Notes: generated from the sequence alone by a model not told the origin. A stretch of 32,000 bases of DNA from Clostridiales bacterium UBA5888 (GCA_002431965.1 DJEW01000016.1:29356-61355), one strand, 5' to 3'; shown: positions 8,733 through 16,328, counted from the first letter of the stretch. A program made the numbers and translations.

Positions 8733-9492
8733 TTTTGTGCTGCGCGCGAACCTACCTGTGAGAGCGGAATGCGTTATTATTGGTGCAAAATATGCGCATT
8801 TACTGGCACAACCGCTGAAAAAGTGGGGAATTAAGCCTCTTTTCGTGCCAGATAATCCAAATATAGACGTTCGTCTGAGCGGACATGCCGATCTGTCAAT
8901 TCTTCATGCGGGAGGGGAGAAGCTGTGGCTCTCACCATATCTGCAGGAGAGCGGGCTTGCCGCGCGGCTTGCGGAGTACGGCGCAGCACTGCATTATGCG
9001 GATATTGCCCAGAGCGCTGAGTATCCGCATGATGCGCAGCTGAATATTGCCGCACTTGACAGCGTGTTTATATATAACCCCAAGGTTTCTTATGCGCCGG
9101 CGGTCGAGCATCTGACCGGGACGCAAAAGATGCTCGGCGTCGCTGTGCGTCAGGGCTATGCCAGATGTTCAGTGCTTGCTGTAGATGAGCGCTCCATCGT
9201 CACGCAGGATGCCGGCATTGCCCGCGCCGCTCGGAACGCCGGGCTGGATGTGCTGGTAATTTCAGCTGGGCACGTTGCACTTGACGGGTTTGAATACGGC
9301 TTTCTCGGCGGTGCAGGCTTCAAGCTCACTGCAGATACTATGGCGTTCACCGGATTGCTCGATATGCACCCGGAAAAGCCGCGAATACTTGCTTTTCTAA
9401 CAGAGCGCGGTATTAACACAGTGTATTTGACGGATCTGCCGGTGTTCGATATCGGCAGCGCAATACCGATAACTGAGAAAAAACTCCTTTGA
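8725..9492 (+). CDS. Uncharacterised conserved protein, translationally coupled to radA (possibly the family NCBI names DUF6873/GME-fold; from memory, unverified)
   Basis: ATG 8725 overlaps the radA stop (ATGGCTGA). 255 aa with no TM or signal sequence. Motifs SGHADLSILH, YPHDAQLN, GFLGGAGF. Confidence 0.6.
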   Translation: MADFVLRANLPVRAECVIIGAKYAHLLAQPLKKWGIKPLFVPDNPNIDVRLSGHADLSILHAGGEKLWLSPYLQESGLAARLAEYGAALHYADIAQSAEYPHDAQLNIAALDSVFIYNPKVSYAPAVEHLTGTQKMLGVAVRQGYARCSVLAVDERSIVTQDAGIARAARNAGLDVLVISAGHVALDGFEYGFLGGAGFKLTADTMAFTGLLDMHPEKPRILAFLTERGINTVYLTDLPVFDIGSAIPITEKKLL

Positions 9493-9514
9493 AATTACGT
9501 CAAAGGAGTTTTTT
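9478..9514. terminator. Bidirectional intrinsic terminator shared by convergent genes
   Basis: 14-bp perfect stem AAAAAACTCCTTTG / CAAAGGAGTTTTTT with a 9-nt loop. It contains both stop codons (9490-9492 on +, 9500-9502 on -). A-tract and T-tract flank it symmetrically. Confidence 0.75.
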
Positions 9515-10507
9515 CGAGTCGGTTTCAACGTCTTTTTTTGTCCTGCGTCCTATAGGGTTTGCCATAGCGGCCTCGTGGAGCTGGGCATTGTCGAGATGAG
9601 TGTATATCTGGGTTGTGTTGAGGCTGCTGTGCCCGAGAACCTCCTGCAGGGCGCGCGTGTCAACGCCATTTTTAAGCATGAGAGTAGCGGCGGTGTGACG
9701 CAGCTTGTGCGGGGAATAGCGCGATGCGTCCAAACCAGCTATAAGGAGTTTTTTATCCACCATCTGCTCGACACCGCGGCTTGTGATGCGGCGGTTGACA
9801 CTGCTGATAAATAGAGCGTTTTTGTCCTCATCACGTATTTTCCCGGTGTCACGCACAGCCAGGTAGTCATCCAGCGCTTCACGGCAGCCGTCAGCGAAGA
9901 ACACCACACGCTCCTTGTTGCCCTTGCCGAGAACCCGCACATGGTCATCATATATATCCGTAAGGTTTAATGACACAAGCTCAGATACACGCAGCCCGCA
10001 CGTGAGAAACAGCATCAAGATTGCATAGTCTCTGTATTCAAATTTTCCCTCACATGCCGCCAACAGTTTCTCACATTCCGATTCTTCAAGATATTTGGGC
10101 AGTGACGCCTGCCGCTTCGGCATGTCCAGTTCCTGACATATATTTACTTCCAGCAGATGCCGTTTTGCAGTTAGATAGTTATAAAACGATTTTACAGACG
10201 ACGTTCTGCGGCAGCGGCTGGCAGCGGAGAGGGAAGCGCCGCCCTCGGGAGAAAAGCTCTGATACCGGTACAGCTCTTCAATTTTAATTGTTTTGATAAA
10301 ATCTATATCGACGTCTGTAATGTCTATCTCATTGAACGGCACATCGGATGCGACAAGATGTCTGCGACGTTTGAGAAAACGAAAAAGAATTTTCAAGTCG
10401 GTGTAGTACGCAAAGACAGTCCGGTCGGAATGACCGCGCACGGTCGAGTGATATTCGAGAAACTCCATAAGTATGTCAGGAATATCATTGATCTGATCGA
10501 GATTCAT
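9500..10507 (-). CDS. Tyrosine site-specific recombinase (XerC/XerD / phage-integrase family), full length
   Basis: Catalytic residues all present: GLRVSEL (R), GKGNKER (K), HKLRHTAAT (HxxR), LGHSSLNTTQIYTH (H, Y). N-terminal SAM-like core-binding domain. RBS GGAGG upstream of ATG 10507. Confidence 0.85.
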   Translation of the reverse strand: MNLDQINDIPDILMEFLEYHSTVRGHSDRTVFAYYTDLKILFRFLKRRRHLVASDVPFNEIDITDVDIDFIKTIKIEELYRYQSFSPEGGASLSAASRCRRTSSVKSFYNYLTAKRHLLEVNICQELDMPKRQASLPKYLEESECEKLLAACEGKFEYRDYAILMLFLTCGLRVSELVSLNLTDIYDDHVRVLGKGNKERVVFFADGCREALDDYLAVRDTGKIRDEDKNALFISSVNRRITSRGVEQMVDKKLLIAGLDASRYSPHKLRHTAATLMLKNGVDTRALQEVLGHSSLNTTQIYTHLDNAQLHEAAMANPIGRRTKKDVETDSKKLL

Positions 10508-10559
10508 AAAAGACCTCCGTATCGGCAGCTATGCCGGTCAGTCTAAGGTTATTTACATA

Positions 10560-10588
10560 ATTATATGTCAACCGCATTAAAAAATCAA
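10560..10588 (-). promoter_or_regulatory. Sigma-A-like promoter for the recombinase gene
   Basis: On the minus strand: TTGATT (10588-10583), 17-nt spacer, TATAAT (10565-10560). Confidence 0.4.
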
Positions 10589-10594
10589 GCGCAA

Positions 10595-10622
10595 ACTTCG
10601 TTAAATTGATATTATGCGAAGT
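10595..10622. other. dif-like 11-6-11 recombinase core-site candidate 1
   Basis: ACTTCGTTAAA TTGATA TTATGCGAAGT. The outer 6 nt of the arms are perfectly complementary, extendable to 9 bp (CAAACTTCG / CGAAGTTTG). 20/28 identical to B. subtilis dif as I recall it. Confidence 0.35.
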
Positions 10623-10632
10623 TTGATGCGCC

Positions 10633-10660
10633 AATCATCATAGAGCGCATTATGTTAATC
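10633..10660. other. dif-like 11-6-11 recombinase core-site candidate 2
   Basis: AATCATCATAG AGCGCA TTATGTTAATC. Arms are 7/11 complementary. The right arm matches the E. coli dif XerD arm TTATGTTAAAT (recalled) at 9/11. Confidence 0.3.
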
Positions 10661-10705
10661 TCATCCCTCTCTATGGTTGATTTCTTATTCTGCTATGTTT
10701 CTGTA

Positions 10706-10750
10706 TAGAAAAACCATCCTGACTTATGTCGCCATAGATCCGGATGGTTT
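10706..10750 (-). terminator. Intrinsic terminator after the P-type-ATPase-like gene
   Basis: Minus-strand stem AAACCATCC / GGATGGTTT (9 bp, 22-nt loop) followed by TTTTT. Confidence 0.5.
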
Positions 10751-10771
10751 ACTGTAATTATGCTGTAACTT

Positions 10772-12424
10772 TTAGCGCTGGCCTGTCTTGTACAGAAAAA
10801 TGCGGATGAGCGACTCACTGGTGACGCGGATACTGTTGAGTATAGTTGCCACTGCCGCGACAGTGTCAATAAAGACGGCAAACCAGACACTGCACAAGCC
10901 GATAATGCTGAGGAAAACAAGAATGGCTTTTACAACGAATGCAAACACTGCATTTTCTATTGCGATCTCACGCATGCGCCTGCATATCTGCACAGCAAAC
11001 GGAAGATTCGCCAGATACTCCGGTGAAACAAGCACATCGGCGTACTTTCCCCTGCGGTTTATGCGAATATCAACATCCGCGGCGCTGTGCGTTTCGATGC
11101 CGGAGGCATATACAAACAGCACCGAACCTTTGGCGCTCGTCTTTAGATCGGAGATTATGCGAAGCTTTTTCTCCGTGTCGCACTCGCCGTAGACCTCGGT
11201 GAAATCCATCTCATCGGCGATCCTCCGGCTTTCAGCGTTACCGTCCTCAGTCAGAAGAATGCATCGGCTGACGCCGGTCTCACGTAGCCCTATGACAAGC
11301 TCGTCCGCATCAGCGTTAAGCTGTGAATTGATAACTATTTTCCCGACATAGCGTCCGGCAACGGTCATAAAGAACGCCTGTCCGTCCTCTGTCGTGTCAG
11401 GCGGGAGCTTCACTCCCCTACCGACGAAAAGCTCGCGTGTGGCAAGAACAACGTGAGCATTTCCAATGTCTACCTCAACGCCATAGCCGGGAATATCGAC
11501 GAAATTCTGGATGACATCAAGCCGGTAATCCTTTGTGTACACTCCTGCTATGGCACGCGCGACGGGTTGGTTGGAGTAGTACAGCGCGTGTGCGGCAAAT
11601 GTAAGAAACGTATTGTCGTCTATTATATCCGATGTCAGATCGGTAAGCTTCGGGTTCTCATCGCAAAATACGCCTGCGCTGTCGAAAACGGCAATGTCGG
11701 TGTCAGCAGTGACTTCCATAAGGGCGGCGCTGTCAAAAACAACGCCGTGACGCGCGCTGAAACACATGCCGATTATGCCGGTGAGCGGCATGGAGATAAT
11801 AACCGACATCGGCGTAGCAACGAGAACAATGGTCATGGCACGGTGGAGCGAGACACGGAAACTGTAATTTGTAATCAGCGGAAGCGCAATGGCATAGATA
11901 ACGCTGAATATCATGGCATACTTGAGAACCGTGCCGGCACTGCTGCCCATGACTGATTCGATGTTCATAGAGCCTGCGCCGTCACGTAGCACAAGCTCAG
12001 TAATACGGTTGACAGTGGAATCGTCCTGATATTGCAGAAGCTCAAGCGCCGAGCGGCGCGTGCGTTCCTCGGCGTAGGCAATCAGCAGAAGACCGATCTG
12101 ATACAGAATGACAAGCGCCGCTCCCTCATAGCCATAGCCGATGATATAGGACAGCACCGTCACGATCACGACAATAAGCGGAGTGGAGAAGAAGTCTCTC
12201 TCTGACACGCTCGACAGCGCGTCAAGGGCAATGTCATAGCCCGCGACAACTGCCGACACGATAAGCATCAGAATACTGACAACGTCCGGGAGCGTGTCAA
12301 TTATGAGTGACGCCGCAAAAATGACGGAGGCGACAATAAGTCTGATGATAAGGATGGTATCATATGTGCCTGCTTCCCTGCCGCCGGCATGCCGCGCGTG
12401 GTCGGCATGGTCAGATCGACGCAT
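10772..12424 (-). CDS. P1B-type (heavy-metal) ATPase homologue with degenerate catalytic motifs and no actuator domain
   Basis: Collinear with CadA/CopA-type pumps, but CPC is TPM (LVATPMSV), DKTGT is DSAGV (AVFDSAGVF), HP is QP (SNQPVA), TGD is TED and GDGIND is ASGIET. Only about 45 aa sit where the ~120-aa TGES domain should be. His-rich N-terminus HADHARHAG. Confidence 0.7.
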   Translation of the reverse strand: MRRSDHADHARHAGGREAGTYDTILIIRLIVASVIFAASLIIDTLPDVVSILMLIVSAVVAGYDIALDALSSVSERDFFSTPLIVVIVTVLSYIIGYGYEGAALVILYQIGLLLIAYAEERTRRSALELLQYQDDSTVNRITELVLRDGAGSMNIESVMGSSAGTVLKYAMIFSVIYAIALPLITNYSFRVSLHRAMTIVLVATPMSVIISMPLTGIIGMCFSARHGVVFDSAALMEVTADTDIAVFDSAGVFCDENPKLTDLTSDIIDDNTFLTFAAHALYYSNQPVARAIAGVYTKDYRLDVIQNFVDIPGYGVEVDIGNAHVVLATRELFVGRGVKLPPDTTEDGQAFFMTVAGRYVGKIVINSQLNADADELVIGLRETGVSRCILLTEDGNAESRRIADEMDFTEVYGECDTEKKLRIISDLKTSAKGSVLFVYASGIETHSAADVDIRINRRGKYADVLVSPEYLANLPFAVQICRRMREIAIENAVFAFVVKAILVFLSIIGLCSVWFAVFIDTVAAVATILNSIRVTSESLIRIFLYKTGQR

Positions 12425-12501
12425 ATTCTACTCCCCTCCCGCTTATATCATGTTTTTATAACGCTATATTTTGTGCGATTTGCCGAATAATTATCAGAGC
12501 A

Positions 12502-13437
12502 TCAGGCCTTGCCGTCGCAGCCGAGGACATCAACGATCTTGTGCTTGACCATCTCCTTTATTGCGGTGCGAGCAGGGGCAAGGTACTGACGCGGGTCAAA
12601 GTGGTCGGGATGCTCGTTGAAGTACTTGCGGATACTTGCGGTCATGGCAAGACGGAGGTCAGAGTCGATATTGATCTTGCAGACTGCCATGGATGCTGCC
12701 TTGCGGAGCTGATCCTCAGGAACGCCGATAGCGCCGGGCATATTGCCGCCGTTTTCGTTGATTATCTTCACAAACTCCTGAGGCACGGAGGAAGCGCCGT
12801 GGAGAACGATGGGGAAACCGGGAAGACGCTGCTCAACCTCCTGAAGGATATCGAATCTGAGGTGGGGATCAGTGCCGGGCTTGAACTTGTATGCGCCGTG
12901 GGAGGTGCCGATGGCGATGGCCAGAGAGTCGCATCCGGTGCGCTCAACGAACTCCTGAACGTCCTCAGGGCGGGTATAGGAGCTGTCCTCGGCAGAAACA
13001 TTGACCTCATCCTCAATACCGGCAAGAGTGCCCAGCTCGGCCTCGACAACGACGCCGTGGTCATGTGCATACTCAACGACTTTGCGTGTGATGGCAATGT
13101 TCTCTTCAAATGGTTTGGAGGAAGCGTCTATCATGACGGAGGAGAAGCCGCCGTCAATGCAGGACTTGCACAGCTCAAAATCGCTGCCGTGATCAAGATG
13201 GAGGGCGATGGGCAGCCCGGTCTCAATAAGCGCGGCCTCAACGAGCTTGACAAGGTAAGTATGGTTGGCATAAGCGCGAGCGCCCTTGGAGACCTGAAGA
13301 ATCAGAGGAGCGTTGCACTCCTTCGCGGCCTCGGTAATTCCCTGTACGATCTCCATGTTGTTCACATTGAACGCGCCGATCGCATAGCCGCCCTTATAGG
13401 CCTTCTCAAACATTTCTTTGGTAGTTACCAGTGGCAT
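12502..13437 (-). CDS. fba: Class II fructose-1,6-bisphosphate aldolase
   Basis: GAFNVNNME, LHLDHG, SVMIDAS, AIGTSHGAYKF, IVLHGASS motifs. 311 aa. Confidence 0.93.
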   Translation of the reverse strand: MPLVTTKEMFEKAYKGGYAIGAFNVNNMEIVQGITEAAKECNAPLILQVSKGARAYANHTYLVKLVEAALIETGLPIALHLDHGSDFELCKSCIDGGFSSVMIDASSKPFEENIAITRKVVEYAHDHGVVVEAELGTLAGIEDEVNVSAEDSSYTRPEDVQEFVERTGCDSLAIAIGTSHGAYKFKPGTDPHLRFDILQEVEQRLPGFPIVLHGASSVPQEFVKIINENGGNMPGAIGVPEDQLRKAASMAVCKINIDSDLRLAMTASIRKYFNEHPDHFDPRQYLAPARTAIKEMVKHKIVDVLGCDGKA

Positions 13438-13504
13438 TTGTCATAAATCTCCCTTGCATATTGATAATTTTGTACAATTAGCACATTTACAAAATTTCAT
13501 TTAT

Positions 13505-13533
13505 ATTATATCCTCAAACAAGGATATAATCAA
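13505..13533 (-). promoter_or_regulatory. Sigma-A-like promoter for fba
   Basis: On the minus strand: TTGATT (13533-13528), 17-nt spacer, TATAAT (13510-13505). The -10 forms one arm of the palindrome ATTATATCC-N8-GGATATAAT (13505-13530). Confidence 0.45.
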
Positions 13534-13589
13534 TACACACAATTAACAAAACAACAAAAAATTTTACAGCATACGGAGGAAAAGCAAGT

Positions 13590-14831
13590 ATGAGCAAGAA
13601 GCTTGTTGGAGCGTGTATTTTTGGGCAGTCGGGCGGACCGACTGCGGTGATCAATGCGAGTGCCTACGGCGTTATAAGAGCCGCGCTGGACGCGGAAGAG
13701 ATAACAAAGGTCTATGGTGCTGCACATGGGATAAAGGGCGTCCTTGATGACAAACTTTATATCATGGATGAGGAAGACCCCGAGGAGCTCAAGCTCCTGC
13801 TGAACACCCCGTCTTCCGAGCTTGGCTCCTGCCGCTACAAAATTGCCGACCCGGAAATCGACGACACCGACTATAAGCGCATTCTTGAAATATTCAAAAA
13901 GTATGATGTACGGTACTTTTTCTATAACGGCGGCAACGACTCCATGGACACCTGCAACAAGATAAGCCGCTACATGGAATCTGTCGGCTATGAGTGCCGC
14001 GTGATGGGCGTGCCCAAAACCATCGACAATGACCTTTTCGGCACTGACCACTGCCCCGGCTTTGCGAGCGCTGCAAAGTATATCGCCACGTCATGCATGG
14101 AGATCAATAAAGACGCAAGAGTGTATGACAGCCCTATGATAACCGTGGTGGAAATTATGGGCCGTCATGCCGGATGGCTTGCGGCAAGCGCCGCTCTGGC
14201 AAGCGAGTTTGGCTCCGGTCCTGACCTTATTTACCTCCCCGAGTGCGACTTTGACATGGACAGGTTCATCAGCGACGTAGATGAGGTCTACAGGAAAAAC
14301 GGCAAGGTTCTTGTCGCCGTGTCAGAGGGTATTCACTATTCCGATGGCAGCTTTGTCTCTGAAGCAAAGACCTCCGCAACCGACGGCTTCGGCCATGCCC
14401 AGCTCGGCGGACTCGCCGTGATGCTGGCTCAGCGCCTTAAGGAGCACACCGGGGCGAAGGTACGCGGCATCGAGCTGAGCCTGCTGCAGCGCTGCGGCGC
14501 ACACCTCGCCTCGCTGACCGACATCGAGGAAGCCTTCGGTGCAGGTAAGGCTGCGGTTGAGGCAGCAGTCAACGGCGAAACCGGTAAAATGGTCGCCTTT
14601 GAGCGCGAGATCGTAGACGGCAAATACGTCTGCAAATTCAAGCTTGTTCCCCTTTCTTCCGTTGCAAACTACGAGAAGAAAGTTCCCGCAGAGTGGATAA
14701 ACGAAACCCAGAATGGGCTTACGCGCGAATTCATCGACTATGTTCTCCCTCTCATTCAGGGCGAGCCGGAAGTCCCCCGCGAGAATTCCCTCCCCAGATA
14801 TGCACGCCTCAAGAAGGTCACCGCAAAGTAA
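13590..14831 (+). CDS. pfp: 6-phosphofructokinase, long (about 413 aa) form with PPi-dependent-type signature
   Basis: GQSGGPTAVINAS, GGNDSMDT (Asp at the position that is Gly in ATP-PFK GGDGS) and PKTIDND (Lys rather than Gly). RBS GGAGG lies 9 nt upstream. Confidence 0.8.
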   Translation: MSKKLVGACIFGQSGGPTAVINASAYGVIRAALDAEEITKVYGAAHGIKGVLDDKLYIMDEEDPEELKLLLNTPSSELGSCRYKIADPEIDDTDYKRILEIFKKYDVRYFFYNGGNDSMDTCNKISRYMESVGYECRVMGVPKTIDNDLFGTDHCPGFASAAKYIATSCMEINKDARVYDSPMITVVEIMGRHAGWLAASAALASEFGSGPDLIYLPECDFDMDRFISDVDEVYRKNGKVLVAVSEGIHYSDGSFVSEAKTSATDGFGHAQLGGLAVMLAQRLKEHTGAKVRGIELSLLQRCGAHLASLTDIEEAFGAGKAAVEAAVNGETGKMVAFEREIVDGKYVCKFKLVPLSSVANYEKKVPAEWINETQNGLTREFIDYVLPLIQGEPEVPRENSLPRYARLKKVTAK

Positions 14832-14851
14832 GAACAGCATACTTTACGCGC

Positions 14852-14897
14852 ATCCCGCACTGTCCGACACGGACGGCGCGGGATCGTTTACTTCTTC
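14852..14897 (+). terminator. Probable terminator after pfp
   Basis: Composite hairpin ATCCCGC..GTCCG-ACA-CGGAC..GCGGGAT (7 + 5 bp with an internal loop), followed by CGTTTACTTCTTCT. Confidence 0.45.
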
Positions 14898-14981
14898 TGC
14901 ATATATGGGAAACGTGGCGTTTAGTATTTATACATGAGAAAATGTAATGCATATCATGAGCATTTTCACCAAACAGAAGCA

Positions 14982-15009
14982 TTGACTTTTGTGCAAAACG
15001 TGGTATAAT
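14982..15009 (+). promoter_or_regulatory. Near-consensus extended -10 promoter upstream of the liv operon
   Basis: TTGACT (14982-14987), 16-nt spacer, TGgTATAAT (15001-15009). Confidence 0.55.
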
Positions 15010-15021
15010 CCAGACCATCGC

Positions 15022-15064
15022 AAGGGCGCGAGACAAAGAGGTCTCGCGCCCTTCTCCTGTTTTT
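15022..15064 (+). terminator. Terminator-like hairpin in the liv leader (attenuator or 5' stabiliser candidate)
   Basis: 13-bp GC-rich perfect stem AAGGGCGCGAGAC / GTCTCGCGCCCTT with a 6-nt loop, then CTCCTGTTTTT. It begins about 7 nt after the predicted TSS. Confidence 0.45.
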
Positions 15065-15114
15065 AAGGCATAAAGCCGGGAGAAATGCGTGTAATAAACA
15101 AGGAGGAAGAAAAA

Positions 15115-16317
15115 ATGAAAAGAAAAGCTTTTATCAGTGTGCTGCTGGGCTTGAGCATGATGCTCTCTCTCGCAGCCTGCGGCTCGGATTCCACGGCAGA
15201 AACCACGGACGATGCGGCAGATGCTGACGGAAAGATAGTTATAGGCGTTATATCGCCGAATACCGGCGCACTTGCCGCATACGGCAACGGCATTGTCACC
15301 GGCGCTGACCTTGCGGTCGAGCAGATCAACGCCGCAGGCGGCATACTCGGACGTGAGGTGGAACTCATCAAAACCGATGACCAGAGCGACCCGACCGAAT
15401 GCCTCAACGCATTCAACTCCCTTGTTGCGCAGGGCGTTGGGCTGATCGTCGGCTCTGCAACCTCCGGCTGCACCTCTGCAATCACGGATGCGGCAAACGA
15501 AGAGGAAGTGTGCCTGCTCTCCCCGACCGCGACGGCAGACTCCATCACCACAGAGGATGACTTTGTGTTCCGCGCCTGCTACGCAGACAGCTTCCAGGGT
15601 GCTATTGCCGCTGCATATGCAAAGCAGAGCGGCTATGATAAAGTAGGCGTTGTTTACTGCGCGGCAGATGTTTACTCCAAGGGGCTGTATGACTCTTTTG
15701 CCAGCGCCTGCGCAAAGTACGGCATTGAGATTGTCGATGCACAGTCCACGGCATCCCTCGACGTACAGGACTATACCAACCAGTTTTCCGCAATGGTCAA
15801 GGCGGGTGTGGATTTCGTTTACGCCCCATTCTATTATGACGTCATCGGACCTTACGTCGTTCCTCAGGCACGCGCTGCCGGATACACCGGAATCATCATG
15901 GGCGCTGACGGCTACGATACCACGCCCGATTACGTTGTAGAAGGCGCAGACCTGACGGCATTCAACAAGGTCTACTGGACAAACCATTATGATCCCTCCG
16001 ACACTTCAGAGAAGGTCTCCTCTTTCGTCAAAGCGTATGAAGCAAAGTACGGCTCCATCCCCAGTGCTTTCTCCGCAACCGGCTATGACTGCGTGTATAT
16101 GTACAAAGCCGCGATCGAAGCCGCAGGCTCGGACGATCCCATTGCCGTGCGTGATGCACTTGCAGATACGTCTGCCGTCTACGAATGTGTAACCGGCACA
16201 TTCTCGCTTGATGAGACCGGCACGCCTGTCAAGGGCGCGGCAATTATCTCCTTTGAGTCGGACGGCAGCAGCGTGACCTCCAAGCTTGTCGACGTTGTGA
16301 CTGAGCTTCCCGAATAA
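15115..16317 (+). CDS. Branched-chain amino-acid ABC transporter substrate-binding lipoprotein (LivJ/K-like, Peripla_BP_6)
   Basis: Signal peptide with lipobox LSLAAC. GVISPNTGALAAYG...INAAGGILGREVEL. AGGAGG lies 8 nt upstream of ATG 15115. Confidence 0.88.
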   Translation: MKRKAFISVLLGLSMMLSLAACGSDSTAETTDDAADADGKIVIGVISPNTGALAAYGNGIVTGADLAVEQINAAGGILGREVELIKTDDQSDPTECLNAFNSLVAQGVGLIVGSATSGCTSAITDAANEEEVCLLSPTATADSITTEDDFVFRACYADSFQGAIAAAYAKQSGYDKVGVVYCAADVYSKGLYDSFASACAKYGIEIVDAQSTASLDVQDYTNQFSAMVKAGVDFVYAPFYYDVIGPYVVPQARAAGYTGIIMGADGYDTTPDYVVEGADLTAFNKVYWTNHYDPSDTSEKVSSFVKAYEAKYGSIPSAFSATGYDCVYMYKAAIEAAGSDDPIAVRDALADTSAVYECVTGTFSLDETGTPVKGAAIISFESDGSSVTSKLVDVVTELPE

Positions 16318-16328
16318 TAATTAACCCT

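Noticed and set aside
9478-12501. Invertible (phase-variable) segment controlled by the recombinase
   Set aside because: I looked for inverted repeats related to the 10595-10622 palindrome at 9478-9514, at 12425-12501 and elsewhere in the window. I found only trivial 6-7-mer matches, so no flanking IR pair defines an invertible element.
14961-14975. CodY-box-like sequence CATTTTCACCAAACA just upstream of the liv promoter -35
   Set aside because: It matches the recalled consensus AATTTTCWGAAAATT at only 10/15 positions, which is too weak to call without a genome-specific motif model.
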